This document shows positions 20,877 through 31,883 of a DNA stretch of 64,000 nucleotides, one piece after another. The notes beneath the pieces were generated by a model, which had not been told where the DNA came from, searched no databases, and saw only the letters and a list, made by a program, of their open reading frames with translations. Source of the DNA: Nitrosopumilus sp. (GTDB taxonomy: Archaea; Thermoproteota; Nitrososphaeria; Nitrososphaerales; Nitrosopumilaceae); contig CBDBLX010000002.1 of NCBI GenBank assembly GCA_965207445.1, forward strand, positions 2,167,849 through 2,231,848, given 5' to 3'. A program made the position numbers and the translations under genes. Positions within the stretch are counted from its first letter, which is position 1, and every line of letters starts with the position of its first letter.

Positions 20877-22058
20877 ATGTACATCATGGAAGATGGCATT
20901 GCACAAAGAATAGATGAGATTACAGAGGGTGCCACCAAACTGTTAGTGCCCAAAGGTTCCATGACAGACGAGGTGCCACCAAGAGATGTTGCGTTTTATA
21001 ATCCAAAAGCAAAGAACAACAGAGACATATCAATTGCAGCATATTTGGCATTTTTGGAGAATTTTGAGGGTCCAAAAACAATCTTAGAAGCGCTTTCAGG
21101 TATAGGGGCAAGAGGTCTAAGAGTAGCAAATGAGGCAGATGCCCAAGTCCACCACATATACCTCAATGACATCAATTACAATGCAATAGAGATTGCAAAG
21201 AGAACAGCAACAATGAATGGATTAAGATCAGTGACATTTACAAATAGTGAAGCATGCAGATTCTTATCAGACCACGCTGCAAAAGGCACAAGAGGTGCGA
21301 TCGTGGATATTGATCCTTTTGGCTCTCCTGCACCATACTTTGACTGTGCAATAAGAGCAACAATGCACAGAGGACTCTTATCAAGTACAGCAACAGATCT
21401 TCAAGTTCTCAATGGACTGTTTAATGATGCTTGTCAGAACATATACGGTGGCGTTCCAATTCGCGGCGTCACATATGGCAACGAAATTGCAATTAGACTT
21501 GTGCTTGGATGCCTCAGATCAGTGGCAGCACGACTTGGCGTATCAATACAGCCAGTACTTGTGACAGCAGAAATGCACTATTATAGAATTTATTCATATA
21601 TAATGGTAAAACACACAAAGAGTGCAAATGAGGAGATCGGGTATGCCATCCATTGTGAAAGATGTGGTAGTCGTGCATTAATACGATACAAAACGGCAAA
21701 GTGTAATGATTGTGATGAATCAGATGTCAAGATCGCAGGACCGTTGTGGATCGGTTCTCTATTTGATGAGGCATTTGTAAAAGATACAAGTCAGCATCTC
21801 TCACACTTGTTAAAAGATACAACAAATAGCAGTATGCTCAAATATATGTACAAAGTAATAAAAGAGTCACAAGTGAATACAGGACTATATTATACAGTTG
21901 ATGAAATGGCATCACGAGCAAAGACATCGCCGCCGCGCTTTGCACACGTAATTGAGCAATTACAAAAGAACGGATTCAAAGCATCATCTACATCACTTTC
22001 GTACACAGGATTTAGAACAGATGCACCATTAGACATAATAAAAGATGTGTTTAGTTAA
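20877..22058 (+). CDS. trm1: tRNA (guanine26-N2)-dimethyltransferase
   Basis: FYNP, NRDIS, DIDPFGSP, TATD, Zn knuckle and GFRTDAP motifs. Confidence 0.95.
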   Translation: MYIMEDGIAQRIDEITEGATKLLVPKGSMTDEVPPRDVAFYNPKAKNNRDISIAAYLAFLENFEGPKTILEALSGIGARGLRVANEADAQVHHIYLNDINYNAIEIAKRTATMNGLRSVTFTNSEACRFLSDHAAKGTRGAIVDIDPFGSPAPYFDCAIRATMHRGLLSSTATDLQVLNGLFNDACQNIYGGVPIRGVTYGNEIAIRLVLGCLRSVAARLGVSIQPVLVTAEMHYYRIYSYIMVKHTKSANEEIGYAIHCERCGSRALIRYKTAKCNDCDESDVKIAGPLWIGSLFDEAFVKDTSQHLSHLLKDTTNSSMLKYMYKVIKESQVNTGLYYTVDEMASRAKTSPPRFAHVIEQLQKNGFKASSTSLSYTGFRTDAPLDIIKDVFS

Positions 22059-22268
22059 AAATATCAGAGTATCACAAAGTATATACACGTTTGACAAATA
22101 ATAGGTGATCATTTTATATATTCATTTTTTATATTCATTTTTATTTATGAATTCATCTTAATTTAGTGTAAAGTACAATATTAATATAAAAATATATTAT
22201 AACTAAATAATGTTTTACGTATAATTTTGAGTGATTTGTTTGAGGTGAGAATTTATCAAAATCATCAA

Positions 22269-22868
22269 TTAAGAAGAGCCGAGAAATCCCAAGCCCACAT
22301 AGTATAATTCACTGCTCTGTTTACGACTTGCCTTTGGTTTTGTCCCATACACTTTGGAAAACTTTCTTTTTACATAATCACGAAATTCAGCAGAGTATTG
22401 ACCATCAAATGCTTTGAAAACAGCATTGCCTTTGAGCGCCAAGACATCATCCATAATTTGAATACAGTCATAGTTTAGTGATATTTGCCGTGCATGATCA
22501 ACTGACCAATTCCCACTCACTTGGGGTGACAAGTCACAGATTACAGCATTAACCTTACGCCTAAAATGAGATATTATGTAACCTGAAAGTTTTACATCTG
22601 TAATATCACATCGCAATATATGAGCACCGGGAATTTCTTCAACGTATGATGTATCAACACCCATTACCTTGCCTTGGTTTCCAGCAAGTTTCACTGCCAT
22701 TTGCGTCCACCCACCTGGAGCACATCCAAGATCAAGTACAAAGAATCCGGGACCAATAATTCGATATGATGTATTGAGTTCTTTTAGCTTGTATGCAGCA
22801 CGGCTTCTATATCCTTGTTCGTGGGCAAGTCGCCGATAGTGGTCCTTGCGAGCATCTTGGAGTTTCAT
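22269..22868 (-). CDS. rlmE: 23S rRNA 2'-O-methyltransferase RlmE/FtsJ
   Basis: GYRSRAAYKL, DLGCAPGGW and KPKASRKQSSELY motifs. Confidence 0.96.
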   Translation of the reverse strand: MKLQDARKDHYRRLAHEQGYRSRAAYKLKELNTSYRIIGPGFFVLDLGCAPGGWTQMAVKLAGNQGKVMGVDTSYVEEIPGAHILRCDITDVKLSGYIISHFRRKVNAVICDLSPQVSGNWSVDHARQISLNYDCIQIMDDVLALKGNAVFKAFDGQYSAEFRDYVKRKFSKVYGTKPKASRKQSSELYYVGLGFLGSS

Positions 22869-24055
22869 TTAGATCTAGATTTTTTTGTTATAGTTACCCA
22901 ATCCTCAATATACTGACATGTCCTCGGGCTTATCTCGCCATCAAGAGTACATTTCTGCTCTACGGGGCATGTGAGACACGGAGCATCTTCAATTGATTGT
23001 GTACTGATGGGTGTCTTTTTTAGAGTTAATCTATAGGTCCATCGATCATTTTCAAGTAACTTTTCGCGTGTGATTGTGCCCATGCGCTCAAGTTTCAGCG
23101 CCAGGCGAGAGCCAATCATATCAGTTAGTTTAAGTTTCTTCCATAGTTCATTTTGCAACATGCCAGTAGATTCGCGCTCAGCTAAAATATCACATACTTG
23201 TCGAATGAGTTGCTCCATATTGACTTTTTCAATTTGAAATCGTTCAATCTCGTCCTCTGTGAGTTCGCTCTCAAGTTTTTCCTCCAAAGTAAGTTCAGGT
23301 ACCTCGTCTTTCTTGTCTTCTTCTTCACTCTTAGGATCAACTGAACCAGCACCTATACTAGAGGTGTCTTTTGAAGGATCAGTGGCAGGGTCGTTCTTTT
23401 CATCGGTACTGGTAGTAGGGGTAGGGGTATCAGTAGAACGTTTCTTTCGAGAAGTTTTTTGAGAGGTTTGTGTTTTAGTACGCTTTGGGGCAGGTTTAGT
23501 ATTGGTAGATGTAGAGGAAGAAGAATCAGTACGTTTTCGTTTTTGAGTTGGTTTTTTTGTAGATTCACTGGCAGCAGGTTTCTTGGCAGTACTCTTGGCA
23601 GTACTCTTGTTAGAACTAGTTGTTGTGGATTTTTTAGTACGTTTTGTAGTGGTCTTTTTTGTTAATTTGCCACGTTTTGGCGCGTCACCTGCTACAGACA
23701 CATCAGAGTTATCAACAGTACTGGCTTTAGTTGTAGATGTAGAGCGTTGTGTGCGTTTAGTCTTCAAAGAGGCATTTTTATCCGCACTAGTGTTATTGTC
23801 ATCTTTTGATGATTTTGATCTTTTAGAGCGACGAGGTTTGTCAGTCTTTTTAGGTTGAGTGGTAGGGGTTATATCAGAATCACCAATCACAGTAGATGAG
23901 GTATTTTTAGTAGGTTTGTTGCGTGTTTTAGTAGTAGTGGCAGCAGTAGAACGTCTCTTTTTTTGCGAGGTTTTATCAGATACATTGGTAGGGGTTTTCA
24001 TATTTTTTGTAGATTTCTGCGTCTCTTTTTCATTGGTTTTTGCCTTTGTAGTCAT
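22865..24055 (-). CDS. RPC34-like / TFE-beta transcription factor with a long K/T/S-rich N-terminal extension
   Basis: C-terminal wHTH plus PCLTCPVEQKC..GEISPRTCQYIEDW four-Cys motif of the RPC34/TFE-beta Fe-S domain. Confidence 0.75.
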   Translation of the reverse strand: MTTKAKTNEKETQKSTKNMKTPTNVSDKTSQKKRRSTAATTTKTRNKPTKNTSSTVIGDSDITPTTQPKKTDKPRRSKRSKSSKDDNNTSADKNASLKTKRTQRSTSTTKASTVDNSDVSVAGDAPKRGKLTKKTTTKRTKKSTTTSSNKSTAKSTAKKPAASESTKKPTQKRKRTDSSSSTSTNTKPAPKRTKTQTSQKTSRKKRSTDTPTPTTSTDEKNDPATDPSKDTSSIGAGSVDPKSEEEDKKDEVPELTLEEKLESELTEDEIERFQIEKVNMEQLIRQVCDILAERESTGMLQNELWKKLKLTDMIGSRLALKLERMGTITREKLLENDRWTYRLTLKKTPISTQSIEDAPCLTCPVEQKCTLDGEISPRTCQYIEDWVTITKKSRSK

Positions 24056-24226
24056 ACAACATCACTGCTCCATTTATTACAACACATCTGAAAATTATGC
24101 ATACAACCTATCCTATTATTGTTACTAACAAAGACTACAGGTGAATATAAATGACAATATAGATAAAAATTATTACCAACAGTAGTATTGCAAGCGCTAC
24201 AATGACATAGTGCGCAAACACAACAG

Positions 24227-24730
24227 TCACTCAACAGTAAACTCCTCCTGCACTGAGATCAAGTGAACATCACTATCACCATCACTATCACCACCATACA
24301 TCTCAACTGTCATTACATATGAACCAGGTGAGTCAATAGAAGCAACAAAACTATCAGAGACAGGTAGTTCTACACCATCTGCAACAAAACATTGCTCAAA
24401 GAATGCTCTTTGATTCAACACGATATCATCAGCTTGTGCATCATGTATAGTAATGTAAAGATCGCCACAGTCAAAAGACAGGTCCATCACTGCAACACTA
24501 ATTGTAATTGATTCATTCACTGCGTATGATCTTTCAAGTCCAACTATACGTATGTCTTCTTCAGATGTATTTGCATGAGTTGTTGTCAAGTCATGTGTGC
24601 CAGATGAAGGTGGCCACATTTGGAGACTTCTATCAGGTTTGTCAAGCACATCTGCCATTACAGCAGTAGCAAGTGTCACTGACAGAATTATTGGAAGTAC
24701 AAACACTACAAACACTCTTTGAGACGCCAC
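24227..24730 (-). CDS. Exported hypothetical protein
   Basis: Signal-like N-terminus and beta-rich acidic domain. Confidence 0.7.
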   Translation of the reverse strand: MASQRVFVVFVLPIILSVTLATAVMADVLDKPDRSLQMWPPSSGTHDLTTTHANTSEEDIRIVGLERSYAVNESITISVAVMDLSFDCGDLYITIHDAQADDIVLNQRAFFEQCFVADGVELPVSDSFVASIDSPGSYVMTVEMYGGDSDGDSDVHLISVQEEFTVE

Positions 24731-24924
24731 ACATTACCTCTAAAATTCCCATATATCTATTTGACAGTTATGAATAGTAATCGTTAACCTCTGAAATATC
24801 TTTAATCAAAATAACATACAAGGGAGACTCAACGATAATCTCAAAGGTAGATTGAAAAATACACATGAATACAAATCAGACAACATAATGATCATAATAT
24901 TACTAGCCACATATTACAACTTTT

Positions 24925-25063
24925 GTGTGAACCAAGCTTCATGACTAATATGATTATTCAAAAACAACTCCTAGCCAAATGCATCGCATGCACAATATTC
25001 GACATGCAGACAGGGATGTGACAAAATAATTTCATTATTGTATCCAAAGAGATTGGTTCACAC
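24925..25063 (+). mobile_element. GTGTGAACCAA-MITE copy with intact TSD
   Basis: 8-bp duplication CAACTTTT at 24917-24924 and 25064-25071. Confidence 0.93.
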
Positions 25064-25500
25064 CAACTTTTTCCTAGAGTACGTTTTACTAGAAAACAAT
25101 TACATTTTGCAAAAAGCTACAAGTATTGATATCACACATACACCAGACTCAAACCTTGATCTAGACTGATAAGTTTGTCACACACTTGGCACAAAATACC
25201 AAACCATATCTACTATTGTATGATGGACAAAACTACAGTACAATATATCGCACTATGACTCATTATTGCAAGACAATCAGACTTTGCAAAATTATATCTC
25301 TAGTAGTTCATTTGAGCACGTAAATTAAAAAATGACTCATGATTTTTAGTCTAATTTTTGGAAAAGAGTGTGTGTTTATTCTGCATATTGCTTTATCCTA
25401 CCAAAATTTCATCATTCACGCATAAAACCGCATATTAACTGAGTTTACAAGAGAGCCCAATTACGAATAAGTTAAATCGTAATCATGCAACAAATGCGCG

Positions 25501-27606
25501 ATGAGACTTCGAAAATTCAGAGTCAGAGCATATCGATGTATACACGATTCAGGTGAGATTACAGTAGGTGACTTGGCAGCATTTGTGGGAAGAAATGAGA
25601 GTGGCAAGACCACAATACTCCAGGCACTCACACTACTAAATCGAGATGAGCATGTATCAGAGCTTGATTTATGTGATGAGATGGATGAAGAACTCAAAAA
25701 TGAGATAAGACTAGTAGAAGGGCAATTTGAGTTAAATGTAAATGAGACAAACACAATAAAAGAACATTTCCCCAAGTTGCCAGACATAAGACGCATCACA
25801 TTATACAGAACAAATATGAATCCCACAGTGCAGTATGAGTTTGATAACATAATATTTGATGACACAAATGCCAAAGATCTCAACTCGTGGGAGAACTTTA
25901 CAAAAAAAATAATCACATTTTTAAACACCATACCAAACCATCTCAGAATACAGATAGATACATCATTTTTTGACGGACCAGCACCCACAACACAAGAGTC
26001 TTTTGACAGTGAGATGGCAGAGTTTAGCAACAAGTTTCATGTCATAGCAATACAAGAGCCAGATGTAACAGCAGAGTGGCGTAAAATATACGAGAATCCG
26101 GAAAATAAATTTGCAAATTTACTAAGCGGTGAAAATGAACGAGTTGCACTTGATAATTTCGTAGAGGCAAACATTCATCCAAGATTTGTCTACTTTTCAG
26201 ATTACAAAAAGATTTATGGAAATATAAATTTAAGTGAATATATTAGAGGAGAGAAAGGTGGAGACGCCACACGATCAATTGAATACATAGAAGAGTTTGA
26301 CAAGGCAGAAACTGTCCGAAATCTCTTTTATTTAGCAGAACTAGATCTCAATGAACTAGAAGAGGTAAGTGACAGTCCATCAAAGTGCATCAAATTATTA
26401 AATGCAGCATCAAACAGGCTAACATCACGGCTCAATCCAGCATGGAAGGGAGACCCAATACGGGTAGAGTTGAGGTATAATCCAGGTAATATAATGAGTG
26501 TCGTAATATCAGATATTCACAGAGATGGTATCGTGACAAACACCGGATTGTTAAATAGACGAGCAGAGGGATTCAAATGGACATTTTCATTTATCGTCAA
26601 CTTTGCAGCAGAAACACAAAGGGCAGAATTAAAAGAGGCCATATTATTACTTGATGAGCCTGCAAGGAATCTGCATCCAACACAACAGATGGGTATATCA
26701 GATCTACTAAAGAATTTAGCAGGATCAAATCAAGTCTTGTATGCTACACACTCACCATTTATGATATTTGATTATACACCAGGTAATCTACTTGTTGTAG
26801 AGCTTGATAAAAGACTTCACCTGAGCAGAATATTTTATGATTATTGGAATGCAGATGACAATACGTTGACACCAATACTGTATGGACTGTCACGCGGTCA
26901 GGTAGAGTCGATGATAGACAGAGAGATTGGCACCAACTCACGCCCAATTATGATAGTAGAGACCATGTCAGATTCGATGTATCTTAATGCATTTGACAAA
27001 TTTTTACAAGATCCCAACATATCTATGAACCCGCTTAATGTGGTAGCAGCATATAACAAAAATGCAGTACTTCCACTTGCCATATTTTATCGCAGTCACG
27101 GATACAAGACTTTCATACTTCTTGATAATACCGAAGAGTCGATGCAAATATCATCACAGCTAGCTACAAACGGATTTTTAAAAGTACAGACCATATTCTA
27201 CGAGTTAGATGGAAAGAATCTTGAATCTATTGAAGATTACATAATGCCAGAGGACTATCTGCATCCGGTAAATCAGACCCATGAGATAAAACTTAGACGT
27301 GAAGGATACGTGTCCATAGGGCCCGGTGATATAGATCAGAAACAAGATAGTAAAGGAATAATTGCCAAACTTACTGAAATATGGAATGATCATAAAGAAG
27401 AAGGATGGGGACAGTTTGATAATGAAGAGATTACCCGATACATTTGTGAAAAGATTACACTAGGGGATGCAGATTTCCTATCAGATAAGACAAGAGATAG
27501 ATTTAGATCATTGTACAGATTGATGGCAGAGCGCATTAGACAGTACCAAAATGTCATTACAAAAGCAGACCTTGAGAGATTAAAACGTACACCTGCAAAA
27601 AGATAA
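25501..27606 (+). CDS. OLD-family-like ABC ATPase with a divergent C-terminal TOPRIM domain
   Basis: GRNESGKT Walker A, LLLDEP..LHP Walker B/D-loop, ATHSP H-loop, then IMIVETMSD. Confidence 0.85.
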   Translation: MRLRKFRVRAYRCIHDSGEITVGDLAAFVGRNESGKTTILQALTLLNRDEHVSELDLCDEMDEELKNEIRLVEGQFELNVNETNTIKEHFPKLPDIRRITLYRTNMNPTVQYEFDNIIFDDTNAKDLNSWENFTKKIITFLNTIPNHLRIQIDTSFFDGPAPTTQESFDSEMAEFSNKFHVIAIQEPDVTAEWRKIYENPENKFANLLSGENERVALDNFVEANIHPRFVYFSDYKKIYGNINLSEYIRGEKGGDATRSIEYIEEFDKAETVRNLFYLAELDLNELEEVSDSPSKCIKLLNAASNRLTSRLNPAWKGDPIRVELRYNPGNIMSVVISDIHRDGIVTNTGLLNRRAEGFKWTFSFIVNFAAETQRAELKEAILLLDEPARNLHPTQQMGISDLLKNLAGSNQVLYATHSPFMIFDYTPGNLLVVELDKRLHLSRIFYDYWNADDNTLTPILYGLSRGQVESMIDREIGTNSRPIMIVETMSDSMYLNAFDKFLQDPNISMNPLNVVAAYNKNAVLPLAIFYRSHGYKTFILLDNTEESMQISSQLATNGFLKVQTIFYELDGKNLESIEDYIMPEDYLHPVNQTHEIKLRREGYVSIGPGDIDQKQDSKGIIAKLTEIWNDHKEEGWGQFDNEEITRYICEKITLGDADFLSDKTRDRFRSLYRLMAERIRQYQNVITKADLERLKRTPAKR

Positions 27607-27748
27607 TTCCTAACCACCACCATTAATTTTATTATTACATTCATAGAGCTTGGTTCACACATAAATCTTAAAGGTATATGATCTTATTATTATGCCAAAA
27701 TAGATTGGTTTACACAAAGAATTTAAGCCATCACATCTCATTTTTCCT

Positions 27749-28297
27749 ATGGATGTCTATGATACTGTTTATGCTCTACTGACTGCAAACGACAACACAA
27801 TGCGGGGCAGAACCGTGATTCAAAAGCTTGCATACCTCTCCTGCCAGAAGATCCCCACACTTGACGTGCCCCCATACAAGGCACACTATTTTGGACCGTT
27901 CAGCCCGGGACTCGGATGGGCTCTTGAGAAGATGATCTCTTGTTACTTTCTATACGAGGCAAGCCCTCCGGGCACCATACACGAGGGGTACAAGTATGAT
28001 CTTACCAGTGACGGACGCGAGATTGCAAAAATTGCAAAGGAGAGAAACAATGGTACGTTTGAAAAAGTGGCGGAGATTGTCAAGACATGTAGAGATTTCT
28101 GTGACCTGAAAACTGCCCCCTTATCCTATGCATCCAAAATTTACTACTTGCTCCATTCCAACGAGTCAGGCGATGATATGTCGTTTTTAGAGGCCAAAGA
28201 GTATGCAAAAGATCTCGGATGGAATGTGTCCAAAGACAACGTAGAGCAAGGAGCACAACTGTTGGAGAGGCTAGGCCTTGTCAAAGTACACGAATGA
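27749..28297 (+). CDS. YwgA-like / SocA-like winged-helix protein
   Basis: GRTVIQKLAYL..Y.AHYFGPFS..Y.LT.DG pattern; overlaps the downstream HD gene. Confidence 0.7.
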   Translation: MDVYDTVYALLTANDNTMRGRTVIQKLAYLSCQKIPTLDVPPYKAHYFGPFSPGLGWALEKMISCYFLYEASPPGTIHEGYKYDLTSDGREIAKIAKERNNGTFEKVAEIVKTCRDFCDLKTAPLSYASKIYYLLHSNESGDDMSFLEAKEYAKDLGWNVSKDNVEQGAQLLERLGLVKVHE

Positions 28298-29590
28298 ATA
28301 TTTTCGCTTCAAGTCTATACGCGATCCACTGTATGGGTTTATAGATCTGTCCGAAAAAGAGACGCAGATAATAGACACGCCTGTGTTTCGAAGGCTTTTG
28401 GGAATAAAGCAGCTTTCGCATGCATATCTGGTGTATCCCACCGCGATTCACACTTGATTTGAGCATTCGTTGGGAGTAACACATCTGGCAGATCGTGTAT
28501 CACGACATCTTTCATTTGATGATGAGGTGAGGGAGATTGTCAGGATGGCCGCGCTTTTGCATGACATAGGGCATGGCCCGTTCTCTCACTTGTTTGAGAC
28601 AGTTATGGAGCGCGTCAATGGAAAAAAGATTGACCATGAGAAGATCTCGATGATGTTGATAAGAGAGGATCCGGATATCTCATCTATACTTGGGGACATG
28701 GGTGAAAAGGTAATCAACATACTAGATCACAGTCCCGCACCCGGATTGGACAAGAAGATCAGTTCCCTGGCAACTGATATAGTATCAAGTCCCCCCTTGA
28801 TGTGGACAAGATGGATTACCTGAGGCGCGATTCTTATCATATTGGTGTAGCGTACGGACAGTTTGACTTGCCGCGTATAATACACACCTTGACGCACACT
28901 GACGATCAAAGAGAGCAGAGGATATGTGTTGATTTCAAGGGTAAGGAATCAATAGAGAGTTATAGACTGGGAAGATATCTTATGCACGCACAGGTTTACA
29001 AGCATCACACTAGACTGATCGGGGATCAGATGTTTCTCCAAGCACTCGATCTGGCAGTGGGTGAGGAGGACATCATTTCTCAAGAGGTATTGCTCACTGA
29101 CACGGATCTGTCCAAGTCACACAAGGAGTTTTTGGACTTTTACACAAGCCTAGACGATCGTGGATTGTATGACTACATATTTAGAGAAGAAGATAGCAAG
29201 GCGTCCAAGATTCTCCGGCGCATACAGCACCGAGATCTCCTCAAAAGAGCAGTTGAACGTCTGCTTGACAAGGAGATAGCCAACGCGCAGGTGCGGGATC
29301 GCATGTCAAGACTGGATGCGGAGGACCTGCGCCAGATGTCACACGATATAGCAACGGGGACAGGCCTTGACAAACATGACGTGATTGCTCACGCCTCTGC
29401 AGTGCCTGGGAATCTGTACGAAGGCGAGATCATGGTCATGTGGAAGGGAACACCCAGAAAACTGGATGAGTTCTCGCCCATCAACGTGCATAAATCTGCC
29501 ATAGACAAGTTCTATATTTTTGGACCACGTGAAGATGCAATCCAGCATAGGATTAGAGAGTACACAAAGCAAATACTTGACATCAAATAA
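28278..29590 (+). pseudogene. SAMHD1/YwfO-like HD-domain dNTP triphosphohydrolase, inactivated
   Basis: IRDPLYG, IKQL, HT*FEHSLG (TGA at 28455), [12 protein letters not shown], frameshift in a C-run near 28791 before [11 protein letters not shown]. Confidence 0.88.
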
Positions 29591-29961
29591 ACACTCATGT
29601 AAGAAAACCAAATTTTTGACAAGAATAATGAAATAGTCGATCAGTATGTAGCATTTGACACAAATATGAAAATCACTAACAAAAACAAACTCATCAAAAC
29701 CATCCCAGAGACGTATTGCAAGCGCTGGATAATAGAGACAAGATATAGTGATAAAAAACACGACTTCAAAGATCTAGTAACGCCTTGCAGGTTAGATTAT
29801 TGTTGATATTTTTTGTGATGTTGTTATATGCTTATGGCAAGGTACGAAAATTACGGCGGACTTGCAGGTGGGAAATTATTCACAATGGATTATTTATGGA
29901 TTCAATTGCCGGATTAATCAGAAGACTGCTTCGGTGGGAATTAAAACATGGCGGTTACTTG

Positions 29962-31635
29962 GTGGTTGGTGCGTAATTCATCAAATCGCCACCTGCATCG
30001 TACTTGCAAAGCCATCTGCAAATATCGCCAGAGTTTTATGTATATATATTTAATAAGCTCATATATAAAAGTATATGCGCGCATACCAAAAGTTACTTAT
30101 AGGGGCATCCCAATTGAATAATTGTGATAATAACAAAGGGGATGCTAAACAACGTTGACTAGCCAATGTTATCAACGTATCGTTTGTGAAGTGTGGTGGA
30201 ACGACGACATATGGTGGGTTACCACAACATGCTATACTACACAGAATGTCGCCCATTACAATGCATGGTTTGTGATGAATGTGGCGCCTGCTTGTTGTTT
30301 GTGTAAATTTAGTGGGCGGGTCTCAAATAAGAACAGATTATGGAGGCAGACCGTATAGTGACAGAGCAGCACAAGCGACGCGAAGGTTATTGGCAGTATT
30401 ACGAACAGGCACGCAAATCTGAGCCGGATTTTATGCGCAAGACCTTGCTGTCGGCGATACGAAAAAACCCACATCCGTGCAAGGAAAAGAAAACAAATAG
30501 AGGATGCAAGCCGGTACATTCTCGTGACAAGATGGATTTTTTGTGTCTTTTAAAAGTTGCAAAAAATATTCCTTTTCGTGACGTGGTAAATGAGCTTGGA
30601 CATATGCATGATGAATGGGTTGACGAGCCGAAGCCTGATTATAGTTGGGTAACCAAACATATGCAAACAATTGATCTCGACTGGCTTGATTCTATTTTGG
30701 CATATACTGCCAATATGTGTCTAACTGAACTTAAAAAATCGGGGACAGATCCGGTACCGATAAAAGGTAAAGAGACCATACTTACGCACGGATCCGAGGA
30801 TTTTGAGAGCGGTAAACAAGACGTAAAACAAGAACCTACAGCTCCAATTGGGATAGACAGTAGTGGGGTAGAGACTGACAGGTACGAAAAACAAGAAAGA
30901 CCTAATCATGTACTACAAGACTTTGAGCCTACACGCATCAAGATGTACCTAAAATATCACATTACTGCGATAACAGGACACCAGATCATACTTGCATCAT
31001 ACACAACTCCAAGCAATGTGAGTGACACGTCAATGCTTCCATATATGGTCAGCTTTCTCACAAAAAACTATACACAGATTGAAGAACGCTTATTCAACGG
31101 AGACAAGGGATACGACTCGGATCAAAATTGCGAGACAATATTCAATGCAAACATGAAACCAAACATAAAGCAACGCAATCACACAGATGGCGCAGGTCAT
31201 ACAAACCGTGGCAAACCAAGCAGAAAAAAGGCAGCAGAGATCTTTGACCAAGATGCATACAAACAACGCGCACTTATCGAGGCAATATTTGGAGCAGAAG
31301 AGACAAAGAATCACAGGCTGCACTGTCGTATGCGTCTGGCCAAAAACAGAAAGCGATTTGGTAAAATACTATCAATTGCATGGAATATCAACGTCCTGAA
31401 CAGATTTATCTGCGCTCATGAAAAAGGGCAAAAAATTCCATCATACCAATGATAGTGACTGCTATCACACTTGCACGTTTCATATTCTATAATCCATGTC
31501 TGCCAAAACACACATGCATATTCAAAAACGAAACGCACTATAGATAGATTCCAGTCTTTTGTAGATTGAATGTGCAATAAACCAAGTTCACAGACGGGTC
31601 ACAGGCAGGCCAAATGTCAATTACGCACCAACCTC
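29962..31635 (+). mobile_element. IS5/IS4-superfamily-like insertion sequence, complete
   Basis: 17-bp TIRs GTGGTTGGTGCGTAATT / AATTACGCACCAACCTC; 9-bp TSD GGTTACTTG (29953-29961, 31636-31644). Confidence 0.9.
30340..31452 (+). CDS. DDE transposase (IS5-like), intact
   Basis: GIDSSG, GDKGYDS and YKQRALIEAIFG catalytic motifs. Confidence 0.9.
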   Translation: MEADRIVTEQHKRREGYWQYYEQARKSEPDFMRKTLLSAIRKNPHPCKEKKTNRGCKPVHSRDKMDFLCLLKVAKNIPFRDVVNELGHMHDEWVDEPKPDYSWVTKHMQTIDLDWLDSILAYTANMCLTELKKSGTDPVPIKGKETILTHGSEDFESGKQDVKQEPTAPIGIDSSGVETDRYEKQERPNHVLQDFEPTRIKMYLKYHITAITGHQIILASYTTPSNVSDTSMLPYMVSFLTKNYTQIEERLFNGDKGYDSDQNCETIFNANMKPNIKQRNHTDGAGHTNRGKPSRKKAAEIFDQDAYKQRALIEAIFGAEETKNHRLHCRMRLAKNRKRFGKILSIAWNINVLNRFICAHEKGQKIPSYQ

Positions 31636-31883
31636 GGTTACTTGCCATGGTAAATCTACCGCACTATATAATTAAAAATAAGATCATTAAGGTTGAACAT
31701 ATTGCGAACTACTGACATGTTAAATTTACTTGTAAACTGAATTGCACGGTAATCATTACACACATACATAAGAAAGATATCATAATAAAGTATGATGAAA
31801 GTCTACATCAATTATCAAAAGTTATACATGAACAGTGACATTAAAAATAAATGCCATAGAATAGAAATGGATGGTAGTATATA

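Larger units (their letters stand above)
29621..31714 (+). mobile_element. 3' remnant of the ISH3-family element, interrupted by the IS5-like element
   Basis: 29621-29961 and 31636-31714 are colinear with about 60510-60949; right TIR CATATTGCGAACTACTG ends at 31714. Confidence 0.88.
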
